Positions 14,976 through 28,185 of a DNA stretch of 64,000 bases are shown in pieces. A program made the position numbers and the translations under genes. The notes below the pieces were generated by a model. It did no database searches and was not told where the DNA came from. It was given only the letters and a program-made list of their open reading frames with translations. The stretch's first letter is position 1; the number at the start of each line of letters is the position of its first letter. Source of the stretch: Octopus sinensis (lineage: Eukaryota); assembly GCF_006345805.1 (NCBI RefSeq), contig NW_021835954.1:1-64000 (forward strand), written 5' to 3'.

Positions 14976-15288
14976 AATAATCCTTTCTACTATAGGCACA
15001 AGACCTGAAATTTGCGGGGAGAGGTAAAGCCGATTATACCGATCCCAGTACTTAACTTGTACTTAGTTTATCGACTCCGAAAGGATGAAAGGCAAAGTCG
15101 ACCTCGGTGGAATTTGAACTCAGAACGTAACGGCAGACGAAATACGGCTACGCATTTCGCCCGGCGTGCTAACGTTTCTGCCAGCTCGACGCCTTTAAAA
15201 TAGACTGTCCTTCTATCTCACGTAGCGACGGGTGAAATACCGCTAAGCATTTCGTCCAACGTGCTAACGATTCTGCCAGCTCGCCTTC

Positions 15289-15332
<44 letters not shown>

Positions 15333-16454
15333 CTTCCTCTGTCTCCTTTGTCCTCGGAAGTCATTGTCATACATCGTAGTAATTATTTGATTACAGGTAT
15401 TTAGAAGACATGCACAGAACTGATATGTATTTGCATGCACAAATTGATAAATTTATCCCAGAATTTTTTTAGACGAGATTACCTTCGACCTTTTTCCAGT
15501 ATTTGTTCACAGGAGATTCTATTCTGATACAGAATCCAGACTCTCCATCATGATTCTCAGGCGACCAGCAAATGTCATATTTTTCTAGTTAGAGAATTGC
15601 AAGTCTACGGTATTGTCCTGCTTAATTTTCAAGCTTGTCATGATGTTATGATCTCCAAAATTGGAAAACATACAGCCGAAGATTCCAGTTGGCCTTTACC
15701 ATTCCGTCGATATCTTGTACTTTTGATAATGGTTAAGCAATAACAAGTACCTGATTGAATGAATGTTGCGAAATAAATGTAAGATATCAAACAGAAAATC
15801 TCTAGATATATACAAATATGTTAATATTTCTTTATTGCCCACAAGGGGCTAAACATAGAGGGAACAAACAAGGAAAGACAAAGGGATTAAATCGATTCGA
15901 TCGACCCCAGTGCGTAACTGGTACTTTATTTATCGACCCCGAAAGGATGAAAGGCAAAGTCGACCTCGGTGGAATTTGAACTCAGAACGTAACGGCAGAC
16001 GAAATACCGCTAAGCATTTCGCCCGGCGTGCTAACGGTTCTGCCAGCTCGACGCCTTTTTTTTCTTTTTCTTTTCTTTTTTTTTTTTTTTTTTTGGCCTC
16101 GATCGCTCCCTTCGAATTTCAGACCATTTATTTGTATGTATACAAATATGTGAAACTGAGGATTTCATAAGAAATATTCTTCGTTTCATTCGGTGCTTGG
16201 AAAATTTTAACAGTCGTAACCACATGTGGTAACTACGTGATTCTCGGCATATACATGGCTCAGCGACATCGTAGAGATCTTTGAATGGAAATAAATTGGC
16301 GCAGATACAACACCAAGGTGATGTTTAAACTGAAATGGCTAGGTTATAGTCGCTTGCCCAATGTCGAACAATATTGGAGGAATAGCACACACACACACAT
16401 ACACACGTAGACATCTAAACACGTTCTCACAGAACAATGAGTACACAAACCTAC

Positions 16455-16664
16455 GCCGTACAAGAATTTGGACCTGAAGATCTCCATTTCCAGCGACTTC
16501 GAGGGTCACCTCCCAGTGGTGTCGGGCGTCAACGAAGAGCCCTCGACTACAACAAGACGACCAAAGTTTTTCTTTTTTTCCAAGGTCTGGGGTCTGCCGC
16601 CCCTAAGCCCTAGAACATCACCTAATCACCCTTACCCGTCTTGTTGCTTAACAACAACAACAAC
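16455..16664 (+). repeat. Unclassified ~205-bp repeat with (AAC)n tail. Copies at 30875-31097 and 56646-56841 (minus)
   Basis: All three begin GCCGT(T/A)CAAGAATTTGGACCTG and end GTTGCTTAACAACAAC. Confidence 0.85.
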
Positions 16665-17439
16665 ACAACACAAACCTACAGCTATACATGTGTCAGCACA
16701 TAGTTACTCATACACTTAGACACGCACATTTGCACACATATACATGCATATAACTAAAAATACAGACACACACACAACATAGACACATACTCTCAGCTAT
16801 TCACAGGTGGAAGCACTCCGTCGGTTACGACGATGAAGGTTCCGGTTGATCCGAATCAACGGAACAGCCTGCTCGTGAAATTAACGTGTAAGTGGCTGAG
16901 CACTCCACAGACACGTGTACCCTTAACGTAGTTCTCGGGGATATTCAGCGTGACACAGAGAGTGACAAGGCCGGCCCCTTGAAATACAGGTACAACAGAA
17001 ACAGGAAGTAAGAGTGAGAGAAAGTTGTGGTGAAAGAGTACAGCAGGGATCACCACCATCCCCTGCCGGAGCCTCGTGGAGCTTTAGGTGTTTTCAATAA
17101 ACACTCACAACGCCCGGTCTGGGAATCGAAACCGCGATCCTACGACCGCGAGTCCGCTGCCCTAACCACTGGGCCATTGCGCCTCCACTATTCACACATA
17201 TACATTTATACACACGCACGCACACACGCACACACGCGCACACGTGCGCGCGCAGGCAGTTCTCTGAATATTCCCCGTATAGGAATGAATTCCAAAGCAG
17301 TTCAAGTTCCTGTCAGGTGACACTATTTATAACAATTTCATCTAATTAACAGACATAGCACGAAATTGTTAATCAACTTCGAGCCTAATTGCCAACATTG
17401 GACCATTTTCCATGCATGAAAATTAATATTTTCCTTGCC

Positions 17440-17466
17440 CGAGTGTGTGTGTGTGTGTGTGTGTGG

Positions 17467-17497
<31 letters not shown>

Positions 17498-17870
17498 TGT
17501 GTGTGTGTGTGAGGAGGGAGAGAGAGAGAGAAAGGGAGAGAGAGAGAGGGAGAAAGAGAGGGAGAAAGAAATCGGGAGAGAGAGAGAGAGAGCGAAAGCA
17601 GGTGAGAGAGAGAAAGAGATGAAGGGTGAGAGAGTGAAAGGAAGAGTGAAAGAGATAGAGAAAGCGGGAGTGAGAGAGAGAGAGAGAGAGTGAGGGAGAA
17701 AGAGTGAAGGAAAGAGTGAAAAAGAGAAGATGAGTGAAAGAGGGTAAGAAAGCGGGGGAAAGAGAGATGAAGAATGAGAGAGAAATAGAGAGAGAGAAAA
17801 CGGGAGAGAGAGAAAGAGAGAGTGAGAGAGAGAGAGAGAGAGAGAAAGAGAAAGTGAGAGAGAGGGAGGC
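17440..17870. repeat. (GT)n followed by a GA-rich low-complexity tract
   Basis: Direct reading. Confidence 0.95.
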
Positions 17871-17960
17871 AAGGATTTCCAGTTACCTCCATCCACTTCA
17901 TTTCATTTATTGTCTTAAGCAGGAGTCGAAATAATAGAGTTGTACATCGTACATGCATAC

Positions 17961-17996
<36 letters not shown>

Positions 17997-18499
17997 GTGC
18001 GTGTGTAAGTATACATATTTTGTTATGTCTCGGGAGGGTCATAATGGCAACAAACACATTCGCTGTTTCTCTTCCACTTTTTTTTTACCATTAGTCATCT
18101 AGTTAACCACTTAACCAAAAACAATAACAATAGCAGAGTCAAGGCGACCTTCATGAAGGTCGCTTTGACTTTGTTATTGTAATATTGCTTTTGTGTTTGT
18201 GTTGGTGTTGTTATTGTATTTGGTATTTGTGCTTGTATTTCCTGGAATCCGATAATTTTATTGGTGGAATGTAACGTACATCGTACATACCCAGAGAATG
18301 CGGAAGAATCCAACAGGACTCAGTCGTATTCCACTCGATGAAGCGCCTACACACGTCTGTCACGGGAAAATATTCAACTATTTTGTAATTATAAAGAACG
18401 AGCAAAACGCCCCCCCCCACGCCCCGTCTAATGGACGGTGCTGAGTTGTCAAACATTTAAACCAAATTTTCTCAAAACAACTTGTCCGACCGTCCCATA

Positions 18500-18794
18500 G
18501 GCCTCCCCTTTGAGAAACACTGATTTAACCTAAATTTGAGACACCAGCAAAAGAAGAAATAAAGATAGACTTTTTTTCTATTCTAAGAAAAACGATTTTA
18601 CAAATGCACGTTCCCACGGCTTTATCGATCGCATCCTCACCTGGAATCGATTTTTGTAATTTTTTTCAACACTTATACACGCCTTGATACCGTCGGTATC
18701 TACATATCAAATTTGAGCGCAATCGGATGGAGGATGCCCGAGATCCTAGAAGACACACGCACACAGACAGACAGAACGGATTTTATATAATAGA
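18500..18794 (-). mobile_element. Helitron-like 5' portion; a similar remnant ends at 54782
   Basis: Minus-strand start TCTATTATATAAAATCCGTTCTGTCTGTCTG resembles the other Helitron 5' ends; 3' end not located. Confidence 0.5.
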
Positions 18795-19331
18795 TAAATT
18801 TGTGCGGAAACAAATGTTGCGTTCTACTATTAAAGCTTGATATCCTCCATCCTCATGTTATATCATCCTTATATTGTAAAGAGAAGTTCCACATGTAGGT
18901 TAACATGTGGTAGCCAAATAAAGCATAAGAGCTATTATATGCACGTTACGAAGTTTTTACTCGAATCATACTATATATATAGCAATAAGAAAATAGAGGG
19001 GATCAATAGGTGGTTCATCAACTTTTAGACATTATATTATGTTAGCTTATTTATTTATTTTCTAAACTGATAATTACAATAATATACATACATATAACAT
19101 ATTATTCTTTACATATAAGATATATCAGATATAAAATATAGTAATATATAAGGATACCAGTAATTATTATAGAATAACAAACATGAATATAAATTGGAAC
19201 GCCAATAACAAACGAAACACCATCACGGGCTACCGAAAACATACCCCCATGTGCTTAATTACACAGCAACAGTTAATACATAATGATTTGATGCCGTATA
19301 TTAATACATCACATGCGCTCTATTGTACATA

Positions 19332-19843
19332 CCGTAAATCCTCGAGTATAATCCGCATTTTTTTCCCCAAAATTTAATGGTCAAAATCCCTAGTGCATAC
19401 TATATACGAGGTTAAAATGAAAATTATTTTCTAAGCAATGTCCGAGTCTCTATTTGCTGTTTGGCAATATTTATTCAGACGCATTTTGTGATGTCGGGCG
19501 AGAAAATACCTTAAGCTAAGCCTGAAAGCAATGAAGTCCTAAAAGAATCATCCATAACTTGCAGTAAGCAACATTTATTAAACGTTATTACTGTTATTTC
19601 TTTATTTTCTGCAAACAAAATGCACAAAAAAGCTATACGTTTGCATTATGTTATATATACAATAATAATAAAGGACGTTACCGTACACATTTTTACAAAC
19701 CAAGGACGTTATATAGACCTCCTTGACTCAAGTTAGAGAAGGGGTGCGTATTATACACAAGGTTTAGGTTTTTCAGAGGTACAGCCCCCTAAAAATTCCC
19801 TGCGTATTATACTCAAGTGCGTATTATACTCGAGGATTTATGG
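19332..19843. mobile_element. Tc2/pogo-like (Tc1-mariner superfamily) MITE
   Basis: 21-bp TIR CCGTAAATCCTCGAGTATAAT / ATTATACTCGAGGATTTATGG (1 mismatch), TA on both sides. Confidence 0.85.
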
Positions 19844-19929
19844 TACGAAGTTCTGAAACTGTACTGAAAATATGTGAAACTGAAGAGCCATTTATTAATC
19901 TTCTACACCCCATTTCTTTCTTTCCCTAC

Positions 19930-19984
19930 ACTCTGTCCATCCATCCCTCTATCTATCCATCTATCTATCTATCTTCTCTTCTAT

Positions 19985-20034
<50 letters not shown>

Positions 20035-20136
20035 CATCTATCTATCTATCTATCTTTTATCTATCTATCTATCTATCTATCTTATCTATCTATTTATCTA
20101 TCTATCTATATATCTATCAATCTATCTATCTATTTC

Positions 20137-20196
<60 letters not shown>

Positions 20197-20233
20197 ATCT
20201 ATCTATCTATCCATCTATCTATCTATCTATCTA

Positions 20234-20265
<32 letters not shown>

Positions 20266-20300
20266 CATCTATCTATCTATCTATCTTCTATCTATCTATC
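19930..20300. repeat. (ATCT)n / (GATA)n microsatellite. Further arrays at 20968-21203, 27278-27519, 27864-27925
   Basis: Direct reading. Confidence 0.97.
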
Positions 20301-20967
20301 CAGTGTCCAACAATTTCCGACCTGTGGGCTTATGTCGAACAACTGCTGTCACGTATGGGACGAGTCGGTTTATCAGCTGAGTCTATCGTCAATATTGTCA
20401 CGCTCCTTCCTTCAAACGGGAAGGAAGAGCTTTTTCATCATCCTTGTGGCTATGGCGAAAATGTATCTGGTGGACGCGTCTGAAAGGATTGGAGACAACA
20501 CTTTCCTCTCTGGTCAATCTCTCATCAACTTCTTCAAGTACCACTTGAAAAGGAAAGTGAGAGTAGAGAGGCAAGTTTTGTCTAGCGAATGTTTTAAAAA
20601 AAGATGGGTGAATGTAGCAAGAATGGCACGTATGAATGACGAAGCCACCTTGAGCATAGTCCTATGAACCCAGAACGAAAACGAGAGTTGCTTATTTGCA
20701 AAAAAAAAAAAAAAAAAGAAATATAAAGTGACTTCATTGACCGAGGTTACCGTGGTCTTTTCCGTAGGCTTTTCTTTCCACGGGTAAACCTCACCTGTCC
20801 TCCCCTTTACACTTCATATTGACATTTCTGTGATAACGATCCCTACTGATCATTTTTTTTTCCTCTCCCCCCTTCTTTTTTTTTTTTTTTTTAAACCTTC
20901 AAAAGAAAAGCTCTACCTTGTAGTTTGTTCTATCTGTGTGCAGCCCTGTGTGGCTAATAAAGAAACA
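20301..20967 (+). mobile_element. 5'-truncated copy of the Tx1-type LINE, within (ATCT)n
   Basis: Nearly identical to 26520-27277. 5' junction tctatc|cagtgtcc; 3' end AATAAAGAAAC then ATATCTATCT. Confidence 0.92.
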
Positions 20968-21006
20968 TATCTATCTATCTATATCTGTCTATCTATCCAT
21001 CTATCC

Positions 21007-21072
<66 letters not shown>

Positions 21073-21149
21073 ATATCTATCAATCTATCTATTTATCTAT
21101 CTATCTATCTATCTATCTGTATCTATCTATCTATCTATCTATCTATCCC

Positions 21150-21203
<54 letters not shown>

Positions 21204-21435
21204 CCTCTTCTCATCTCACAATGGACGGACGCTAGTCATATCGGCTCCACGTAAGTTGGCCACTTTTACATGTTTAAAACTCCTTGTTGTCAAATATTTT
21301 GTTTTAATCGTTGTGCAAGTTCATTCACTAAAAAACCTGAGAATTATTCACGTAGAATTCCGCCCCTGTATGGGCGAAATTACAAAAAAACTTTCAAAAC
21401 TTTCGTGGGTTTTTTAGCCATTTTTCATTTTGAAA

Positions 21436-23434
21436 ATGGCAACTAGAAACCACGTGGCTAGCCCGCCAGTCATGCAGAACGGTAGCAAAACACTATTGCT
21501 ACCACTAGCTGCTAAACATCGCAGCGTGAACACCGCTGTCACCACCATCACCACCACCAACAACAACAACAACAAATCTAACGTCGCATTCACCATCGCC
21601 GCGACCAAAGACATTAACTTAGATTTCCCCTCACTCCCCACACCACTTGTTGATGATAAAGGGACAGAGAAAGGGATTTCAAAAATGAATACAAACGAAA
21701 ACATGAATGCCAGCACCACCACCATCACCACCAACACAACAACAACGAAATTGGCACAAAGCCGCCTACCAAAGACAACACCGCCAACACCAACACCACT
21801 ACTACGACGTCAAATGCTACATCCAAGCCTTCTGCTGCTAATACCGCCAACACCAACACACCACTACCATGACTTCAATTAACACTGCCACAATTAACAC
21901 TTCTACTGCCAAATTCAAAACGAATTTTGCGGACGTAACAAAACAAAAAAACAATTGTAACATCATCACCACACAAGAGATAAACCGCACAAAGGCACTC
22001 TTCTCCAAAGAAGGAGACAAATTGCACCTTCATATTCCACAACACATCGTGGAAAACACACACAAAAAACAATAATTTATAAGTAATAACACAAAAAACA
22101 AGAAGAACAGAAAATGCACCGCAGGAAAAAATCGATAAATGCCTTCGTCCTGTATGGGACTCCAAGGAATATATCAGTTGGGGAAACAAATTTGGTACAG
22201 TCCAAGTACGTTTCCTCAACGAAAGTTTAGCAAAACGTTTTTCCACATTGGAGCTGCATTCGGACGACTTGGTAATGATACCAGTCTATTTAAACAAAAG
22301 GGTCACGAAAGTCCAAATAAAAACATACCATTTGATGTCGAAACACAATGGTTGGTCTCTGCCATCTGCTTTGAAATGTCAGAGACAATGTCAGAGACAA
22401 ACATCCTGGAAATCGCGGTTCTAGGAGAGAAAACTATGTGGGCAAATCAATCGAATTCCTGCTTCAATTGGATGAAGCAGCAAGAGAGAAGATACCCACC
22501 GCTATAGAACTGCCAGGAGGCTACAAACTCTATATAGTGGTAGAGGGCAGGCGACCACGCTGCTATTTGTGTGGAAGCGAAACACACTTGAAAAAGACGT
22601 GCCCAACCACTGCACACCAAGAGCAACAACAACAACCACCACTACACAACCAAAGCACTCCGGAAAAAAAGCTCTACTACCCACACCACCATCAACACAG
22701 AAGACAAGAGAAGCACACAAGCTAATCCGTCATCAACCAAAAACCACTCGACACCTGAAAAACCACAACAACCACCATCAACAGCAAAACCCAAAGGAAC
22801 AGAAAAACAAAGAAAACACCACAAACTGATCCCCCATCCCTTATACCGCACTCAACACACACAAACACTCAACAACCAACAACAACGAAAACAACAACAC
22901 AACCACTTACACAGACATACATAGAAGCCCACAACATACCCCTACCCCCTTCTGATTCCTCAGAAATTTCGTCGGAAGACGAAACCAGTGAGGAATGGCA
23001 AATAGCTACAAAAAGAAGGAAAATAAAGAGCAGAAACACAACCAAACCAAATGCAAACACGAACAAAGCAGGGGGAAATACATCTCCCGAAGACATTTCA
23101 AAACCAACGCAAACAACAGCCACACCAACACCACAAAACATATACAGCAAACATGCTCACAGCCATAGACACCAAAAACACAAATTTGATGGAATACATC
23201 CAATCAAAAACAAACATAACAGAAGATGACATAAAAACAAACAATCACCCATACACAACACCACCAGACCACATCAAAATATTACACATCTCCAAAAGTC
23301 TGCACCACACACTCAAAGGCATTTTCCCCAGTGCGGTTGGTAAATGCCAAAAATATCTCACAAAGAAACTGTACTGGGATCTTCTCGAGGACAAACCACG
23401 GAGGAGAAAGCAAAAACTTTCGAGCAGTAAGTAA
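21436..23434 (+). pseudogene. Tx1 ORF1 (frameshifted), with CCHC knuckle
   Basis: IVVEGRRPRCYLCGSETHLKKTCP (CX2CX4HX4C) at ~22540-22605; Thr/Asn/Gln-rich low-complexity segments; several frameshifts. Confidence 0.75.
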
Positions 23435-23461
23435 CCCTCTGTATTCTAATTCATTAGAACT

Positions 23462-26400
23462 ATGATCAAGATTGGTTGTAAATGCGCGTGGCTTGGGGTC
23501 CCCTTGGAAACAAGGGTACCTCTTAAATGACATAAAGTCACATAAGTTAGAAATCATAGCCATAAGCGAGACCAGACTCCACAATCCGCGGGCCCTAAAG
23601 ACCATGTTTGGCGGACAGTTCAACATTTATTTTTCCCCCTGTCTGCCGAGAATGGGCGGTAGTGGCACCGCGGTACTTTTTCACAAGAGTCTGGATCTCA
23701 ATGTAAGGACAATATTCGTAGACCCGGAGGGTAGACTGGTCGTCCTGGATGTCGACGGCAGCAATGGGTGCGCTTTTCGACTCGTATCAGTTTACGCACC
23801 CGCCCTTAACAGGTCGGGCGGATTTCTTTCAACGTCTAGAAGTTTTCTTGGGAACGTCTCGTCCTTTACTCTTAGTGGGGGATTGGAATGCTACCTTGGA
23901 CACGCATGTAGACTACGTGGGTAGAGATAGGAATAGACGGGGATGCAAATGCCTCAGAGACCTGCTCAGACGCTTTCAACTGTCTGACAGGTTCGACTAG
24001 ACCACCCGAATGCGCCAACGTGGACATGGAGCAACCGCATCGGGTCGTCGAGATCGTATCTAGATAGGATACTGTGTAGGACAGTAGATAGAGATAGCAT
24101 AGGATGTCCACAATTCCACATAGTCAGCTACACGGATCACAAACTTGTGACATGTACGCTAGACTTAGGTAAGACACTTAGGCAGGGTCCCGGATACTGG
24201 AAACTAAACGCGTCTTTCCCATCGAGACAAGTTTTCAGAGACCGGATTAGCACACTAGTAAAGAGGGCTTTGACGGGAGCCATCATCAACAACAAATGGT
24301 GGTTTGCCCTCAAGAGAGCAGTAAAAGCAGAAGCGATTAGGTACAGCAAAGCACTAGCCATAGATAGAAATAGAGTAGAGGGTGAGCTAGTTAAGAAGCT
24401 AGAAGAGGCAATTAGAAGCGGCATCGCATCCGACGTTTTGGCGGCGAGGTTGGCCCTCGACCAACACTTCAACGCCAAACACGAAGGATGTGCTGTCAGA
24501 GCTAGGATGCGTGCTCTAAGGAACGAAGGTGTTGGAGCCGCGAGAGAGGCCCGGGTGGCAGAGGCGCAACAGGGCAACAAAGCCACCATTCGGTCACTGG
24601 TAGATGAACAGGGGCGCGAATTGCTCGAGCCAAGTAAAATGTGTGAGGCCTTTCAGCAGCATTTTGCCCGACTGTTCGGAACGAGTGGAGGGCAAGAACG
24701 TAGGGTGGACTTCAGTGCCTACCTACATAGCCTACCACGACTCTCGACAAGAAAGGCAGGGTGCTGCGAAGGTGCCATCACGGCGGCGGAAGTGCGGGAA
24801 GCGATGGCAGAATGCTCGAGGGACAAATCACCGGGTTTGGATGGTCTACCCTACGAGCTTTACAATTGTATGCCAGACTTGTTTGGAGATCTCTTGGCGG
24901 CGGTGTACTGCAACTGGCAGCAAAACGGGAGCATTCCTGGTTTTGTGAGCCGAGGAGCCGTAACACTGCTGAAGAAAGATCTAAACAAGGGAAATGTAAT
25001 AGATAACTTTAGGCCCATCACTCTGCTTAATGCAGACTTGAAAATTTTGGCCAAGGTGCTAGCCAAGAGGTTGGCGCTTGTCATCGAGAAACTGGTCGAC
25101 AAGGCGCAAACATGCGCCGTGCCAGGCCGGACCATCCATGACAACCTCCATCTGATGCGCTACATCATAGACAGGGTAGTTAACGAACCTGGCATGGGTG
25201 GGGCCCTGATCAACTTGGATCAATCGAAAGCCTTTATAGGGTAGACCATCGATACTTGGAGGCAGTCCTGAGAGCGGCTGGTTTCGGTCCCGTCTTCCGC
25301 GGCTGGATAGCTGCCTTGTACAGAGGCATCCGTTCGGTAATTCGCGTAAATGGACATCTATCGAGACCTTTCGACATTGCACGTTCGGTCCGTCAGGGAT
25401 GCCCCCTCGGCGCTTCTATACGTATTGACTCTTGAGCCACTACTGCGGAAGCTGGCGACTCTAAGGGGCATCCCGCGAGAATTGGGATGCGGGACGAGCG
25501 TGTCTGCATACGCGGACGACGTCACCGTCATAGTGTCTAGCCACGAGCACATCGAGCTGGTCGGCGAGACACTGAAAAACTACGAAGCGGTGACAGGAGC
25601 GAAAATCAACCGGGAAAAGTCAGTGGGCTTGCGACTAGGCACCTGGAGAAGCAAGCCCATGCCGTCCACCAGCGCCTCCGTCGTGGGACGCTGGACCGAC
25701 GGCCCGGTTGAGTTGCTCGGGGTCTGGTTTGGTCCGGACCTCCAAGTGGAGAAGAACTGGAACGAGATAACGAGTAGGGTGGTCACTCTCGCCCGCAATG
25801 GGCCGAGAGGAAACTGTCCCTAAAAGGTCGAGCGGAGGTGGCGAACACGTACATCGCGTCCGTCATCTACTACCGCCTGACCGTCGTACCTTGTCCCGAC
25901 CCTACCATCACCAAACTACAACGCATCCTCTTTCGCTTCTTGTGGAAAGGATGCGTCCCGATGGTCAGGCGATCCATTTGCTGTCAACACCCGTTAAAAG
26001 GAGGGCTGGGCATGCCGTGGTTTGATGCGCAGACACGCGCTGAGACTGCGACATCTCTGGCTCTATGTAGACGACGGTGAACAGGTGTGGTCGCCGTTTG
26101 TGAGGCACGCTTTCCCGCAGCTCGTCTCCATGACCGAACTGCAGTCGTGGATCAAAAAGAGGCCGAGGAAGGGCGAATGGCACCGCGAGTGTCGCGTTGC
26201 TCTCAAGCAACTCTGCCGTCCTGGGTCGACCTTAAGTGACTTCAACACAACCAAAGCATTCTATAGGGGTTTAGTGGAGGGGAGGTACGACGACGAGCTC
26301 GGGGCGAACCTGGACGTCGACGAGGAGTACCTGACCCGCCTGTTCGGGACGACTTTCGGGCCAGGGCCCATGGACAACTTCCAGAGATCCCTGGCCTGGC

Positions 26401-26889
26401 AGTGCTACCGAGAAGCGCTACCCGTTCGGGATAAGCTCTACAGACACGGCTCGAGAAACACGGGGCCGACCTGCCCGAGATGCGGTCAGAGCGACGAAAC
26501 CGTTCTGCACGCACTCGTTCAGTGTCCAACAATTTCCGACCTGTGGGCTTATGTCGAACAACTGCTGTCACGTGTGGGACGAGTCGGTTTATCAGCTGTC
26601 TATCGTCAATATTGTCACGCCTCCTTCCTTCAAACGGGAAGGAAGAGCTATTTTCATCATCCTTGTGGCTATGGCGAAAGAATGTATCTGGTGGACGCGT
26701 CTGAAAGGATTGGAGACAAACACTTTCCTCTCTGGTCAATCTCTCATCAACTTCTTCAAGTACCACTTGAAAAGGAAAGTGAGAGTAGAGAGGCAAGTTT
26801 TGTCTAGCGAATGTTTTAAAAAAAGATGGGTGAATGTAGCAAGAATGGCACGTATGAATGACGAAGCCACCTTGAGCATAGTCCTATGA
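23462..26889 (+). pseudogene. Tx1 ORF2 (APE endonuclease, RT, C-terminal zinc finger), frameshifted
   Basis: NARGL...IAISETRL, LLVGDWNA, KSPGLDGLPYELY, NFRPITLLNADLKILAK, LINLDQSKAF, SAYADDVTV, CPRCGQSDETVLHALVQC. Confidence 0.9.
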
Positions 26890-27287
26890 ACCCAGAAATC
26901 GAAAACAGAGAGTTGCTTATTTGCAAAAAAAAAAAAAAAAAAAGAAATATAAAATGTGACTTCATTGACCGTGGTCTTTTCCGTAGGCTTTTCTTCCACG
27001 GGTAAACCTCACCTGTCCCCCCCTTTACACTTCATATTGACATTTCTGTGATAACGATCCCTATTGATCAATTTTTTTTTTTTCCTCTCCCCCCCCCTTT
27101 TTTTTTTTTTTAACCCCCCCTTATTTTTGTCCTCTTTCTCTCCTTTTACGATCCTTTTGATCGAAACTCCCCCTTCCTTTTTTTTTTTTTTTTTTTTTTT
27201 TTAAACCTTCAAAAGAAAAGCTCTACCTTGTAGTTTGTTCTATCTGTGTGCAGCCCTGTGTGGCTAATAAAGAAACATATCTATCCC

Positions 27288-27476
<189 letters not shown>

Positions 27477-27481
27477 ATCTG

Positions 27482-27519
<38 letters not shown>

Positions 27520-27694
27520 CATGTTGTTGACTTCATAAGAATTTAAACTTTCGAGAGAACATGAAATAATTCTTTCGCAGAATAATGGTTCTCGAAGCAG
27601 ATAATAAAGCTGTAATTTATCGCATGTAAATATCGGGTTGAAAAAACTCTTTTGCATAGAAAGAAATTGAAGGTTATTATCTATCTATCTATCT

Positions 27695-27862
27695 TTTTTT
27701 TTTGTTCTTTTTTTCCCTTTTACGATCCCTTTTGATCGAAAACTTACGCCACCTTTTTTTTTTGTTTCTTTTGTTTTTTGTTTTTTGTTTTTTTCATCCC
27801 CCAAAAGAAAAGCTCTACCTTGTAACTTGTCCCATCTGTGTGCAGCCCTGTGTGGCCAATAA

Positions 27863-27863
<1 letters not shown>
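27695..27863 (+). mobile_element. Third, more diverged Tx1 copy (3'UTR only), flanked by ATCT repeats
   Basis: AAAAGAAAAGCTCTACCTTGTA...CTGTGTGCAGCCCTGTGTGGCCAATAAA. A few ATCT units upstream and an (ATCT)n array downstream. Confidence 0.85.
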
Positions 27864-27921
<58 letters not shown>

Positions 27922-28137
27922 CATCCATGTCAGTCTGTCTGACTTTCCTTTCGTTCACTCTGTCCTATTCTTTCTTAGCCAGCCTCTGTTAATTTTTTTA
28001 TACACATTCGCTCTCTTTCTCTTTTTCTTTTCTTTGACTTTTTACATGCATTAATACCATACAAGACATTTGAGGTGGTAGTGGTGGTGGTGGTGGTGGT
28101 GTCAGTAGTAGTGGTGGTGGTAGTAGTAGTGGTGGTG

Positions 28138-28185
<48 letters not shown>

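Larger units (their letters stand above)
21204..27277 (+). mobile_element. Near full-length Tx1/L1-type LINE (ORF1 with zinc knuckle; ORF2 APE-RT-CCHC) within (ATCT)n
   Basis: 5'UTR from 21204; ORF1 ~21436-23434; ORF2 ~23462-26889; T-rich 3'UTR ending AATAAAGAAAC with no poly(A). ATCT arrays on both sides. Confidence 0.92.
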
